From Armatimonadota bacterium (GTDB taxonomy: Bacteria; Armatimonadota; SYMT01), in assembly GCA_041690135.1 (NCBI GenBank), contig JAWLHY010000018.1:96001-160000 (forward strand): a stretch of DNA of 64,000 nt. The letters run 5' to 3'. How positions within the stretch are numbered: position 1 is the first letter of the stretch; every line of letters starts with the position of its first letter. Position numbers and translations under genes: made by a program. Positions 49,093 to 59,741 of the stretch are shown here, in pieces. The notes under the pieces were generated by a model, which ran no database searches, had not been told where the DNA came from, and saw only the letters and a program-made list of their open reading frames with translations.

Positions 49093-49665
49093 CTATACCT
49101 CGAGGAGTTCTTCTTCTTTGCTCTTCTGCACGTTGTCCAGTTCGTGGACGTGCTTGTCCGTGATTTTCTGGACGTCTCCCTCCGTACGCTTCTCCTCATC
49201 CTCGCCGATATCGCCCGCCTTCTTGAGGGACCGCAGGTCCTCGATCACATCGCGGCGGATGTTACGGATGGCCACCTTCCCCTCTTCCACCCGCTTGTGC
49301 ACCTGCTTGATGAGGTTCTTGCGTGTCTCTTCCGTAAGCTGCGGGATGATGAGCCGGATGACCTGGCCGTCGCTGTTTGGATTGAGCCCGATATCGGACT
49401 TGAGGATGGCCCGTTCGATGGCGGGGACGGAGCTCTTGTCGAACGGGGTGATGACCAGCATCCGCGGCTCGGGCGCACTGACGTTCGCGACCTGGTTAAC
49501 GGGGAGCTTGGAGCCGTAGTAGTCGACTTCGACTCGATCGAGGATCTGGGGGTTAGCGCGGCCGGTGCGGATGGCCTGCAGATCGTGCTGCGTTGCCTCG
49601 ATTGCCCGCTGCATCCGGTGGTCGGCGTCCTTCAGAAGCTCTTTCAACAACTCGGTTTCAGCCAT
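49093..49665 (-). CDS. frr: ribosome recycling factor
   Basis: IRTGRANP, DYYG, PQLTEETR, AIRNIRRD. Confidence 0.98.
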   Translation of the reverse strand: MAETELLKELLKDADHRMQRAIEATQHDLQAIRTGRANPQILDRVEVDYYGSKLPVNQVANVSAPEPRMLVITPFDKSSVPAIERAILKSDIGLNPNSDGQVIRLIIPQLTEETRKNLIKQVHKRVEEGKVAIRNIRRDVIEDLRSLKKAGDIGEDEEKRTEGDVQKITDKHVHELDNVQKSKEEELLEV

Positions 49666-49747
49666 CTTTCCCTTCCTATCGCGTTTTTTGTCGGAGGCAT
49701 TTGTCGTGGCGGGTGCCCGGCCGGGTGACGAGCCGCTGGCTACTGCC

Positions 49748-50491
49748 TCAGCGGGCCCCTACCACGGTACCCACGGGTTCCCCAAGCAGCACGCGCCGGA
49801 TATTGCCGGGTTGATTAAGATCGAAGACCACGATCGGAATCCGGTTTTCCATACTCAAGGAGAATGCCGTCAGGTCCATCACCTTGAGGCGGAGGCGGAA
49901 CGCTTCTTCGTGACTGATCTCCTCGAACCGTTGCGCGTCGGGGTTCTTGCGCGGGTCGCGATCGTACACGCCGTCGATGTTGGTCGCCTTGAGGATGGCG
50001 TTGGCGCGGATCTCTACGGCCCGGAGCGCGGCGGCCGTATCGGTGGTGAAATAGGGGTTACCGGTGCCGGCGCCGAAGATCACCACCCGACCCTTTTCGA
50101 GATGCCGCATGGCCCGTCGCCGGATGAAGGGCTCGGCTACGGAGGTCATCGTGAGCCCGGTTTGGGTGCGGACCTGGAGGCCCAACTTCTCGAGGGCGTC
50201 CTGAAGGGCGAGGGCGTTGATAACGGTCGCCAGCATCCCCATGTGATCGGCCGTGGTGCGTTCGATACCGGCCTGGCTGGCCAGTTCTCCGCGGATGATG
50301 TTTCCGCCGCCCACGACCACCGCGAGTTCCGCGCCGAGTTCACTCACGGCGCGGATCTCTTCGGCGATGCGACGGACGGTCGGGGCGTCGATACCGACGC
50401 CCTGACCGCCCGCAAATGCCTCGCCGCTCAGCTTGAGCAGGACTCGCTTCCAGCGAAGTCCCTGATCGTCAGACTGAGGAGAGTCGCTCAA
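49748..50491 (-). CDS. pyrH: UMP kinase
   Basis: [36 protein letters not shown]. Confidence 0.98.
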   Translation of the reverse strand: MSDSPQSDDQGLRWKRVLLKLSGEAFAGGQGVGIDAPTVRRIAEEIRAVSELGAELAVVVGGGNIIRGELASQAGIERTTADHMGMLATVINALALQDALEKLGLQVRTQTGLTMTSVAEPFIRRRAMRHLEKGRVVIFGAGTGNPYFTTDTAAALRAVEIRANAILKATNIDGVYDRDPRKNPDAQRFEEISHEEAFRLRLKVMDLTAFSLSMENRIPIVVFDLNQPGNIRRVLLGEPVGTVVGAR

Positions 50492-50495
50492 TGGA

Positions 50496-51113
50496 TCAGG
50501 CTCCGCTCTCGCCCTGAACCTCTCCGCCGACCTGGAAGCGGACGAAGCGACGGACCTGGATGTTCTCCTTGATCTTGGCCGCCAGGTCCTGCACCAGGTC
50601 CCCTACCTTGCGCTTCGGATCGCGCATGTAAGGCTGGGTCAGGAGGCTGTTCTCCTCCACGAACTTCTTCACCCGGCCCTCGACGATCTTCGGGATCGCG
50701 GCCTCCGGACGGCCCTCGTTACGCGCCAGGTTAGCGGCGATCTCCCGCTCGCGCTCAACGATGTCGGCCGGCACGTCCTCGGGCTTCAGGTAGGTCGGGT
50801 TGGAGAACGCGACCTGCATCGCCAGTTCGCGGGCCAGCGCCTGGAACTCCTCGTTGCGGGCCACGAAGTCCGTCTCGCAGTTCAGTTCGACCATGACGCC
50901 GATCTTGCCGCCGAGGTGCACGTAGGAGCCCACGGCGCCTTCCGCGGCGCTGCGTCCCGAGCGCTCGGCCGCCTTGGCGATGCCCTTCTCGCGCAGCCAC
51001 TTGATCGCGTCTTCGACGTTGCCGTTCGCCTCGGTCAGCGCCTTCTTACAGTCCATCATCCCGGCGCCCGTCTTCTCGCGGAGCGCCGCCACATCCTTAG
51101 CTGAGATTGACAT
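50496..51113 (-). CDS. tsf: elongation factor Ts (short form)
   Basis: [26 protein letters not shown]; 205 aa. Confidence 0.98.
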   Translation of the reverse strand: MSISAKDVAALREKTGAGMMDCKKALTEANGNVEDAIKWLREKGIAKAAERSGRSAAEGAVGSYVHLGGKIGVMVELNCETDFVARNEEFQALARELAMQVAFSNPTYLKPEDVPADIVEREREIAANLARNEGRPEAAIPKIVEGRVKKFVEENSLLTQPYMRDPKRKVGDLVQDLAAKIKENIQVRRFVRFQVGGEVQGESGA

Positions 51114-51136
51114 TGTCGTCCCCTTGCCCTGTGCCC

Positions 51137-51976
51137 TTACTCAGGAAAATTGGTCTCTTCCTCATCGGAAGCGGCCACGGCGTCTTCATCCACCCGGCCG
51201 GTCACCTCGCCCTCTTCGGCGTCGGGAGCCTGCGCGAGATATTCCAGGGTCTCCTGGTCCATCTCTTCCACAGCCTCTTCCTCGGGCGACCACTGCTCGC
51301 CGCGCACTTCCACGATGGCGTCCGCCACCCGCATCGTCATCAGGCGGATCGCGCGGATAGCGTCGTCGTTGGCGGGAATCCCGTAGTCCACCTCGTCCGG
51401 ATCGCAGTTCGTATCCAGCACGGCCACAATCGGGATACCCAGCTTATGCGCTTCCTGCACCGCGATCCGCTCCTTGCGGGTGTCCACGATGAACAGCGCG
51501 TCCGGCAGATCCCGCATATCGCGGATGCCGCCCAGGAACCGCTCCAGCTTCTCCCGCTCTTCGTTCAGGCGCAGCTGTTCCTTCTTCGGGAAGCGGGTCA
51601 TCGTTCCGTCTTCGATCCAGCGGTCCAGTTCCTTGAGCCGCTCGACGCGCCCCTTGATCGTGGGGAAGTTCGTGAGCATGCCTCCCAGCCAGCGCTCGTT
51701 GACGAAGTACGAACCGGAGCGCTTGGCCGCGATGCGGATCGGCTCCTGGGCCTGCTTCTTGGTCCCCACGAACAGGACGTGCCCGTTGTTCTCGGTGAGG
51801 TCCTTCAGGAAGCTGGCCGCCTCGTCGAAGAGGCTGACGGTCTGGTGCAGGTCGAGAATGTAAATTCCCCCGCGCGACCCGTAAATGTACCGCTTCATTT
51901 TCGGGTTCCAGCGGCGGGTGTGGTGCCCGAAGTGGACGCCCGCTTCGAGCAATTCACGCATGTTGACAGATGCCAC
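51137..51976 (-). CDS. rpsB: 30S ribosomal protein S2
   Basis: [41 protein letters not shown]; GTG start after AGGAG. Confidence 0.98.
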   Translation of the reverse strand: MASVNMRELLEAGVHFGHHTRRWNPKMKRYIYGSRGGIYILDLHQTVSLFDEAASFLKDLTENNGHVLFVGTKKQAQEPIRIAAKRSGSYFVNERWLGGMLTNFPTIKGRVERLKELDRWIEDGTMTRFPKKEQLRLNEEREKLERFLGGIRDMRDLPDALFIVDTRKERIAVQEAHKLGIPIVAVLDTNCDPDEVDYGIPANDDAIRAIRLMTMRVADAIVEVRGEQWSPEEEAVEEMDQETLEYLAQAPDAEEGEVTGRVDEDAVAASDEEETNFPE

Positions 51977-51989
51977 GGATTTTCTCCTT

Positions 51990-52135
51990 CGGTTGAATGG
52001 TCTCTGGGACCAGCCTCCCCTTCCCTCTTTCGCAGCGCGCAACCCCGCGGTTGCGAGGGCACCGGCGCGCTCGTCAGGAAGGGTGTGTAGTCGCACGACT
52101 ACCGGCCAGGTAAACCCGGCCGGGGAAACACCCGC
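51990..52135 (-). promoter_or_regulatory. structured rpsB 5' leader, putative S2 autoregulatory element
   Basis: long GC-rich stems (cccttcc/ggaaggg; gcgcgc/gcgcgc; gcaacc/ggttgc) downstream of a TAATAT -10 near 52143. Confidence 0.55.
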
Positions 52136-52379
52136 CCATATTACCACGAACGAGGGGAGTTCGGAAGGCCCCCGGGGCGGATAAGGATCGGGATGAAGAT
52201 AAGGATAAGGAGGGCGAAGTTCAGGATGGAATGCCACGGATTTTGGCCGGAGACGATGGGGACGATGAGGATCTGTACTACTGTGAACTGTCTTCGTGCG
52301 GACATCCACCTTCCTTATGGGGTGGCGAATGTTGCACGCAAGATCGAGAAGGGACGGCCGAACACCAGAAGGCGGTGAA

Positions 52380-53393
52380 GTGCACGGCGGTCAGCGGCAT
52401 AGCGGACGGGCACGGAACTGGTGGAAGGTCATCGTGGGCCTTCTGTCCCTGCTGCTGCTGGACTACCTGCTCTACCCGTGGGCGGCGGGGGTGCGGGCAC
52501 CGACGGGGAACCGCGGGGAGAACGGGTTGTGGCTGCGGTACCACTGGTACTTCGGACGCAAGACGGATGCGGAGATCGCCGCGCTGGCGGAGCGCCTGCC
52601 CTCCCAGCAGATCCGATATGCCTACTTTCATGTGCGGCACGTCACGCGGGACGGGTCGCTCCGCCATCGTTATCCGGAGCCGGCCTTGCGCCTTAACCGA
52701 CTCCTGAAGGCCCGCGCGCCGGGAGTGCGGCGGATTGCCTGGGTGTTTGCAGGCAACCTCCACCGAGCGCCGGGGCTGGCGGAAGTCGACTTGGCCGATC
52801 CCCGGGTGCGCAGGCGCATGGTGGAAGAGGCCCGCTGGTTGGTGGAGCGGTGCGGGTTCGATGGGGTGCAGTGGGACTACGAGATCTGCGAGAATGGCGA
52901 CCCCCACTTCCTCTCTCTGCTGGAGGAAACCCGAGAAATATTGCCGCCGGGCGCCAGCCTTTCCGCGGCCACGGCCCTCTGGCTGCCGGACCCGGTAACG
53001 CGTCGCTGGGGCTGGGATGAGGCGTATTTCCGCCAGGTGGCGAAGCGCTGTGATCAACTGGCGGTGATGGGGTACGATACCGCGATGTACCTCCCGCGAG
53101 CCTATGTCGGCCTGATCCGCCGGCAGGTGGTGCACGTGACGCGGGCTGTAGCGGATGCCAATGCGAGTTGCCGCGTTTTGATCGGCGTGCCGACCTACGC
53201 CCGCGGGGGGCTTTCGCACCACGCTTATGCGGAGAACCTTTCCCTGGCGCTCAAAGGGGTCCGGGAAGGCCTGGCGGACCGCGCCGCGCGTCCGGAAGTG
53301 TTCGCCGGAACCGCGCCGTTCGCGGACTACACCACGCAGCCGGAGGAGTGGCGGGTCTTTCGGCGCCTCTGGTTGTGCGATTTGCGAGAGTAG
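52380..53393 (+). CDS. GH18-like TIM-barrel glycoside hydrolase, membrane anchored
   Basis: N-terminal TM; [10 protein letters not shown] (DxxxxDxE); LAVMGYD; LIGVPTY. Confidence 0.75.
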   Translation: MHGGQRHSGRARNWWKVIVGLLSLLLLDYLLYPWAAGVRAPTGNRGENGLWLRYHWYFGRKTDAEIAALAERLPSQQIRYAYFHVRHVTRDGSLRHRYPEPALRLNRLLKARAPGVRRIAWVFAGNLHRAPGLAEVDLADPRVRRRMVEEARWLVERCGFDGVQWDYEICENGDPHFLSLLEETREILPPGASLSAATALWLPDPVTRRWGWDEAYFRQVAKRCDQLAVMGYDTAMYLPRAYVGLIRRQVVHVTRAVADANASCRVLIGVPTYARGGLSHHAYAENLSLALKGVREGLADRAARPEVFAGTAPFADYTTQPEEWRVFRRLWLCDLRE

Positions 53394-53734
53394 TGGGGGT
53401 TTGGGTCGTGGGTTCGCATTAGCCGGGGTTGGCTATTCCCCACACGGCACTTGGGTGGCCACACGCCTTTCGTCGTAGTTCCAGTACGGCTTCGCCTTTG
53501 AAGTATCGTACGCCTTCGGTCTCCGCACCCGCAGATGTAGGGCAGGCTTTTCGATGCCTGCCGCGTTCTGGGCACGTACCCGTCCTGCCGTGTGGGACTC
53601 CGCGCCACCGTCGGTATGGCGCAAACGGATTGGCGTCACCGCCTGCGGTATTGAACGGCTCTATGCCCTACGTTGCGTCAGGTGTACGTCTGACTCCCTA
53701 CCGGGACCACTCCCGGAATGGCTGCGATAACGCT

Positions 53735-54286
53735 TCACCTACGGTCGACCACGATGAACTTCCGGAACCAGGCGCCAAATCGTTCTACCGGCCAGCCGGA
53801 CTCCGCCAGACGGCGGGACAGGGCCTGCCGTTGCAGGATCTCTTCCAGCGTGGGCGCATGGATAAGCACCTCGTGCTCGTGCGCCCCCTGGAGCAGGTCG
53901 CGCAGCATTTGCACGACTCCCCCCACCAGGGTGGGCCGGCCGTCGAACCCGGTGGTGAGGTAGCAGGCGCCGCTATGGACCACTGCGGATGCGGGCGCAT
54001 CCGGCAGCTCCGTTCCGGTCCGGGAACACACCTCGGCCGCGCAGTCCAGGGCGGCACCGGGATCCTCCTGAAACAAGACCAGGATGCTCCCCGGCTCTTG
54101 AAGCGCGGTCACGCTGCCCTGTTCCCGGCCTCTTCCGTAGGCCGAGCTATCCCGGATCAACTGCTGAAGGCAGCACAAACACCGCTTCTGGAGATCTGTG
54201 GGAAGCAGGCCGACGCACGGTATACCGAACGCGACCCCGCCGGCGAACACGATGCGTGCCCCGCACTCTGACTGCTGTGTCAACAT
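53735..54286 (-). CDS. degenerate class III nucleotidyl cyclase-like protein
   Basis: ILVLFQEDPGAALDCAAEV, VVHSG, DGRPTLVGGVVQMLRDL, EVLIH follow cyclase spacing but lack the catalytic D, D, N and R residues. Confidence 0.55.
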   Translation of the reverse strand: MLTQQSECGARIVFAGGVAFGIPCVGLLPTDLQKRCLCCLQQLIRDSSAYGRGREQGSVTALQEPGSILVLFQEDPGAALDCAAEVCSRTGTELPDAPASAVVHSGACYLTTGFDGRPTLVGGVVQMLRDLLQGAHEHEVLIHAPTLEEILQRQALSRRLAESGWPVERFGAWFRKFIVVDRR

Positions 54287-54387
54287 GCCTGTAGAAATAG
54301 GCAGATCAAGCCCTTGCCGCAAGCCGAGCTTCTCACAGTCAGGGTGCGGGCCGTTTCGCCGCTTCCACCCAATCGCTCCTCGTGGCG

Positions 54388-54831
54388 CTACAGGCTCGCC
54401 GAGCCGTACATGAACTCGCGGAGCGAGTGGATGGTTTCTTCCCGGTCGCTGGCGTGGTAGGCGTTCAGATCGCCGATGGAGACGAGCCCGACCAGGCGGC
54501 TGTGGTGATCGCAGATCGGCAGGTGGCGGATGCGGTGGTCCTTCATCACGCGGCCCACCTCTTCCAGCGAAGTCTCTGGAGCGCGGAAGAGGACATCTTC
54601 CGTCATCACGTCCGCCACGGGAATCTCCGCGGGCCGGCGCTGGCTCTCCACGACGCGCCGGAGCACGTCCCGTTCGGTGAAGATCCCCGCGATGCGCCCC
54701 CGGCACATCACCACCACGCATCCCACCCGCTCGCGGTTCATCACGCGGACGGCATCGAGCACCGTTGCGCTCTGGTCGACCGTGTGCACCTGTGAGCCTT
54801 TCCGTCGCAAGATCTCCGATACGTTAGCCAT
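54388..54831 (-). CDS. stand-alone CBS-pair protein
   Basis: GIFTERDVLRRV, RIRHLPI, LVGLVSIGDL. Confidence 0.93.
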   Translation of the reverse strand: MANVSEILRRKGSQVHTVDQSATVLDAVRVMNRERVGCVVVMCRGRIAGIFTERDVLRRVVESQRRPAEIPVADVMTEDVLFRAPETSLEEVGRVMKDHRIRHLPICDHHSRLVGLVSIGDLNAYHASDREETIHSLREFMYGSASL

Positions 54832-54920
54832 CGGGGTCCCTCTCTTTTCTCCCGGCTGAATGGCGCCGGTTGAGACTGACTACGCGCTTGGCTAACGGAT
54901 TCCTGCAAGGGAATGGGGAC

Positions 54921-55199
54921 TCAATTCTCCATCGATTGCGCCTCGATGCGACGCTTCATATCCACTACATAGCTACAGAGCCGGTGGACGATCGTGACGA
55001 ACCCGGCGAAAAGGATCCCCAGGATGATCAACACGTAGGCGAGAGCGGACTGCACGTCCAGGGCTCGGGCTTCACTGCCGATGTGACCCAGGTAGAGGCT
55101 TAACAGGAACTCGTAAATCCCAAAGGCGACCAGAAACCAGAGCGTCCACTGGATGGCCCGCAGGTCGCGGGAGATCCGGCTCAGTTCTTTCTCCATCAT
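54921..55199 (-). CDS. small two-TM hypothetical protein
   Basis: two hydrophobic segments, 92 aa. Confidence 0.6.
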   Translation of the reverse strand: MMEKELSRISRDLRAIQWTLWFLVAFGIYEFLLSLYLGHIGSEARALDVQSALAYVLIILGILFAGFVTIVHRLCSYVVDMKRRIEAQSMEN

Positions 55200-55284
55200 C
55201 GCTTTCCGTCGGTAGCAGCCCGGCTTGGTTGCCGGAGGTCGGCCTCACTGTTTCCAAGACACTTTCGGCTCTCAGAGAGCCAGG

Positions 55285-55656
55285 CTAAAGACCCTCAAGG
55301 GAGATGGTTGCGGGAAAAAGCTTTTCGTCGGCGGGTTTGAGGAAGACGGGTCCGGGAACCCCCGGCACTTCCGTGGCCGAGAGGGCTTGCACTTCACGCC
55401 GCAGAAACCGGCAAGGGAGCCCGGGGAGCCAGTCTAATGACGGCTCCACCAGGCACAGACCTAGCTCCTCGGCGACGAACCGGCAGAAGAACGACTCTCC
55501 ATAGACCTTTACGTCGCGGTCACGCAGAGTCGAGCGTACTTGCCAGTGGTGCAAGCGCTCCACGTCCCAGCCGGCCCCGACTGCCGCTCGCCAGAGGGCG
55601 ACGGAATCGCCGGTGTAGCGCGGCGGCAGTGCCAGAACCGGCGGCTGCGTGTTCAC
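55285..55656 (-). pseudogene. truncated ATP-grasp protein (DUF4343/R2K-like)
   Basis: LPPRYTGDSVALWRAA...YGESFF...DWLPGLP...RREV...FLKPADEKLFPA then stop; the C-terminal ExRxF half is missing. Confidence 0.6.
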
Positions 55657-55661
55657 CGGTT

Positions 55662-56492
55662 CTACCGGCCCGCCGCCGCTGGCACAACACTGGGGATAGA
55701 GGTGACCGTCACCTTGCCCGTGGCGGCCCATTCCGTGCCGCGGGCCGCGAGCAGCATAAACTGCGGGTCCTGCATGGCCCGGAGATCGTGCCCCAGCGGG
55801 GTGTGGAAAACCCGGCCCTGCCCAAAGGTCTTGACCAGCGCCATCGGCTCAGCCGCCCCCGTTCCGCCCGTGCTCTTGTCCGAGAAGGCCGTGGCCAGGA
55901 TAGTCATCGGCTCGTCCGGGGTCACCGTCAGGCGATGGTACAACTCATCCGGATGCGCCTTCATGTCCGGCAGGCCGCGGGTAATGGGATGATCTGTCAC
56001 GACGTAGTTGACGTCGAACTCATGGTAGGCGCCGTGCCCCGCCCCCTGGCGCCAACCGATCCCGATGATCCGGTCGTAATCGGCCCAGCCGGAGAAGGCA
56101 TTGTTCGCGGCGTGGATCACGGAGACACCCTTCCCGTTCCGGACTGCCTCCAGGAAGTTGGCGTCCGCCGCCGCGCCCCAGCGGGGGCCGTTGTAGTTGA
56201 GCACGATCACGTCGTACCCGGCGAGGTTTTTCTTGTCGGCCAGGTATGTGCCCGGGTCTTCCGTGGTGTTCACTTCAAAACGGCCGGTGGCTTCCAGGAA
56301 CTTCTCGATATGCGGGCTCGTCAGCCGCCAGTTGTGGTTGTTCTGTCCCGTCACCAGGAGTGCCCAGAGTTTGCGCGGGGCTCCGGTTGCGGGGCGCTCC
56401 GCAGACACCATCCCCGCGGTTGCGGCCGTCAGGCAGCCGGCCAGGGCCTGGCGGAGCACGGCGCGGCGGCGCCACAAGAGGTTTTCAGCCAT
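55662..56492 (-). CDS. exported ThuA-domain protein
   Basis: Tat-like RRR signal; LLVTGQNNHNW, HPITRGL, DELYH, GRVFHTPLGH. Confidence 0.9.
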   Translation of the reverse strand: MAENLLWRRRAVLRQALAGCLTAATAGMVSAERPATGAPRKLWALLVTGQNNHNWRLTSPHIEKFLEATGRFEVNTTEDPGTYLADKKNLAGYDVIVLNYNGPRWGAAADANFLEAVRNGKGVSVIHAANNAFSGWADYDRIIGIGWRQGAGHGAYHEFDVNYVVTDHPITRGLPDMKAHPDELYHRLTVTPDEPMTILATAFSDKSTGGTGAAEPMALVKTFGQGRVFHTPLGHDLRAMQDPQFMLLAARGTEWAATGKVTVTSIPSVVPAAAGR

Positions 56493-56725
56493 TGAACCCA
56501 CCCTTCGATACTAGGAAATAAGCGACTACATTCTTTGACCGCCCGGTTCGGACGCCGGTTGCGCCTGTTTGAGGTGCCTGGCGGAAGGCTCTCCCGTGAG
56601 CGCGGGATTCCGGAAGGATCTTCCGTGGGCGGGACCCAAGGGGATCTGTAGTCAGCCGTTATTCTTTCCCAGTTTCGAGGATCCCGACCATGGCTCCCCT
56701 CGTTCCCCGCAAGTCGCTGCGAACC

Positions 56726-58264
56726 ATGTATTTCATCCGCGCGCCGCATCTGCAGGCCCTGATCCTCGCCTTGCTGGTGCTGTTGGTCACTGCCGCCCGG
56801 CCCCACCCGCTCCATGCTGCCGGAGCACCCCAGTTGCTGGCGGGAGTGGCGAAGGTGGACATCACCAACCGGGAAGCGGGCCCGGTCAACGATCCTCTTT
56901 ACGTCAAAGCCCTCGCGCTGAAAGAAGGCGGCACTACCGCCGTTATCATCACCGTGGATGCGGTGGCCATCGCGGAGATCGGGTCGATCCGCAACGAGTA
57001 TCTCCGGAACGTGCGCAGTGCCTTGCAGCGTGAGTTGAAGATTGAGGCCCGGCATGTGTTGATCAACGCGAGCCACTGCCATGGGGTGGTTTGCGCCGAC
57101 ATCGAGGCGCGTACGCTCCGAGCGGTCCGGGAGGCCTTGCAGGCTTTGACTCCGGTCCGAGTCGGCGCCGGGAAGGGTCGTGAGGACCGGATCTCGGAGA
57201 ACCGGCGGCTCAAGCTGAAGGATGGACGTGAGGCCGACGTCCGCCATGCCTACTCGCTGCCGGCGGACAGCGAGATCGCGGGAGTAGGCCCTATCGATCC
57301 GGAGATCGGCCTCCTGCGACTGGACCGGACCGACGGTCGTCCTTACGCCGTGGTCTATAACTTCGCCTGCCATCCGATCCAGGGGGTGCCGAACGGCGGC
57401 AACACCGCAGATCTTGTCGGCTACGCGTCGGGAGTGATCGAAGACGGAATGGGCGAAGGCACGATGGCGTTCTTTCTTCAGGGCTGCGCTGGAGACATCA
57501 ACCCGGTCCGGTACAAGGACGTCTCCCAGCCGCGCGACGCCGAGCCTCTGGGGAACCTGTTGGGCTTGAGTGCCATGCGAGCCGCCAAGCGGATCCGCAC
57601 GCGGGAAGGGGGCTCGCTCAAGGTGATCAACGAGGTGATCCAGTTGCCGCGCGCCGATTTTGCCCGGCGGATTGCGGCGCTGGAAGCGGAACAGGCCCGG
57701 CTGCTCCGCTCCCTTACGGGCACGACCCTCAATCTGAAGACCTTTGTGGAACTGCTGGTGAAGCACGGTCTCTCCGCCGAGTTCCCCTCCTACAACTCCC
57801 ACCTCTACCTGCACGAGACGGCGCAGGGACGAGAGCTCCTCAAGCGGTTCGATGCGGAGAACCGGCGAAACGTGGAGCAGTATCTCCGGAATGTCTATGC
57901 CATGGAAGAGCTGACCCGCATCCAGGAGAACCTGAACCTGATGCGGAAGCATCACGCCCGCAACGTCTCTTCCGGCGAGAAGACGATCGATGTGGAGGTG
58001 GCCGGCCTGCGGGTCGGGGAGTTCCTGTTGGTCACTTTTCCGGGTGAGCTCACCGTGCGGGTCGGCCTGAACATCAAGAAGGCCTCGCCCCACCCGCTGA
58101 CCTTTGTTGCCGGCTATACCAACGGCTACCTCTACTACGCCCCAACTTCCGAGCAAGCTCGCAATACCGGCTGTGCCCAGGAAGACAGCGAATGCCTCCT
58201 GGCGCCCGAATGGCAGCCGATCTACGAGAAGAAGGCCCAGGAGATACTGCAGAAGCTTCTCTAA
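56726..58264 (+). CDS. secreted neutral-ceramidase-like hydrolase
   Basis: LAGVAKVDIT, DPLYVKAL, INASHCH, NFACHP, FLQGCAGDINP, FPGE, AGYTNGYLYY. Confidence 0.8.
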   Translation: MYFIRAPHLQALILALLVLLVTAARPHPLHAAGAPQLLAGVAKVDITNREAGPVNDPLYVKALALKEGGTTAVIITVDAVAIAEIGSIRNEYLRNVRSALQRELKIEARHVLINASHCHGVVCADIEARTLRAVREALQALTPVRVGAGKGREDRISENRRLKLKDGREADVRHAYSLPADSEIAGVGPIDPEIGLLRLDRTDGRPYAVVYNFACHPIQGVPNGGNTADLVGYASGVIEDGMGEGTMAFFLQGCAGDINPVRYKDVSQPRDAEPLGNLLGLSAMRAAKRIRTREGGSLKVINEVIQLPRADFARRIAALEAEQARLLRSLTGTTLNLKTFVELLVKHGLSAEFPSYNSHLYLHETAQGRELLKRFDAENRRNVEQYLRNVYAMEELTRIQENLNLMRKHHARNVSSGEKTIDVEVAGLRVGEFLLVTFPGELTVRVGLNIKKASPHPLTFVAGYTNGYLYYAPTSEQARNTGCAQEDSECLLAPEWQPIYEKKAQEILQKLL

Positions 58265-58406
58265 TGACGAAAGTCGGTGAAGTATAGTTGACGCACCGCG
58301 GCCCGGATGTCTCGTTCCGTGTCTTGGACCCGAATGCTGTGAGTGTAGTGCGTGGGTATAATCTTTTGAACGGCTCGTGGATTCCCCGATGCTAGGAGAG
58401 TTTGGG

Positions 58407-58742
58407 ATGGAGATTCCCGTGTTGATTGAACCAGTCCTCGGCGATGGCTACAGAGCCACAGGAGGCGAGCCTTTCGCCGTGTCCGCAGAAGGTGCCACCC
58501 GTGACGAGGCTCTGGCGCGACTTCGGCACCTGATCGCCGGACGTTTTTCCGCCGGTGCGGAAGTCGTCGCTCTGCAGATTCCGGCGGCATCGCACCCGTG
58601 GGAGCCGTTTGCGGGGATGCTCCGGGATGAGCCACTTTTCGACGAGTGGCAACGGGCTATTCAAGAGGCGGTGACCCGCAACGCTCGCGACTTTGCCAGA
58701 GTTCCGGGCCTAGAATGGGAGAACTGGGCAGAGCTTACCTGA
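58407..58742 (+). pseudogene. HicB-like antitoxin fused in frame to the C-terminal remnant of a PIN/VapC toxin
   Basis: IPVLIEPV..GYRATGGEPFAVSAEGATRDEAL (HicB fold), then VTRNARDFARVPGLEWENW (VapC C-terminus). Confidence 0.7.
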
Positions 58743-59643
58743 TCCTGGCAAAGTGTACACTTTCAGTACCGAACGACGCGCGGTACCGCCGGGGACTGAT
58801 GCCGAACTCGCTACGGAACGCCCGGTTGAAGTTGGATACGTCTCCGAAACCCGACTCCAGGGCAACCGTGATGATGTTCGTCGGCTCCGATACCAGGCGG
58901 AGGGCGCTGAGCCGCAGGCGTGTGCGGAGCACGTACTGATGCGGGGTCACTCCGGTTACGGCCTGGAAGGTGCGCAGAAAGTGGTAGGGGCTGAGCCCGG
59001 CTTTCTCCGCAAGGGACTGGAGACTCCAATCCGCATCCGGCTGCTCCTCTATCGCACGGACCGTGTGGTTCACCCTTGCGACGGCACCAGGGGCCGGCTC
59101 CTCCAGGGTTGCGGGGAGGCCCTGTGCGAGCCGGACCGCCGTAGCGGCGAACTGGACGGCCAGTTCCTCCCAGGAGAGGTCGATCCCGCCGATGAGACCT
59201 CCGCAGGCACGGGCCGCCAGGGGCGAAAGCGCTTTGAGAGGGGGAACGCGCGGGAGATGAAACCCGGCTCTCCCGCCTGCGTCGACCGCCACGCGTTCAA
59301 AGAAGTCCGGCGCATAGGCGAAGGACAGGCAGCGGTCACCCGTTCCGTGTTCGTGACCGCACTCGAAGCAGTGACCTGAGTTCCCCAGCAACAGCGCCCC
59401 GGGAGCCAGGAGCTCGCGCCCGCTTCCGGTGCGGTACTGGAACGTCCCGGCAACGACGAGCGCGACGCAGACCGCTTCGTGGCGCTCCTCGAACGTCCGG
59501 TCGTGCGGGCCGGATGTGCAGACCACGTCCGTGGCGCTCCAGCCGCTTCCGCTGGCCACCACCCTACCCGCCGCCCGGCCGGGTGCCCCGGTCACCGCGC
59601 GCTCCCGCAGTGCCCGCTGCAGTTCCACCGCAATTTTTGCCAA
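58735..59643 (-). CDS. AraC-family transcriptional regulator
   Basis: cupin N-terminus; WSLQSLAEKAGLSPYHFLRTF; SGFGDVSNFNRAFR; TTG start after GGAGG. Confidence 0.92.
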   Translation of the reverse strand: MAKIAVELQRALRERAVTGAPGRAAGRVVASGSGWSATDVVCTSGPHDRTFEERHEAVCVALVVAGTFQYRTGSGRELLAPGALLLGNSGHCFECGHEHGTGDRCLSFAYAPDFFERVAVDAGGRAGFHLPRVPPLKALSPLAARACGGLIGGIDLSWEELAVQFAATAVRLAQGLPATLEEPAPGAVARVNHTVRAIEEQPDADWSLQSLAEKAGLSPYHFLRTFQAVTGVTPHQYVLRTRLRLSALRLVSEPTNIITVALESGFGDVSNFNRAFRSEFGISPRRYRASFGTESVHFARIR

Positions 59644-59741
59644 GAAAGTCCCTCCCCCGGCGCAGTAACTTCGTTGTAGCACACTCGACCGGATTGCCGG
59701 AGACGGGTTGCCGGAGGTATCTGCAAGAAGGAGTTTGATTG

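Noticed and set aside
53735-54721. 328-aa ORF as one gene
   Set aside because: Its 5' part overlaps the CBS gene in another frame; the plausible start is 54286.
59676-59702. tagcacactcg CIRCE-like half site
   Set aside because: No matching second arm; more likely the extended -10 of the AraC promoter.
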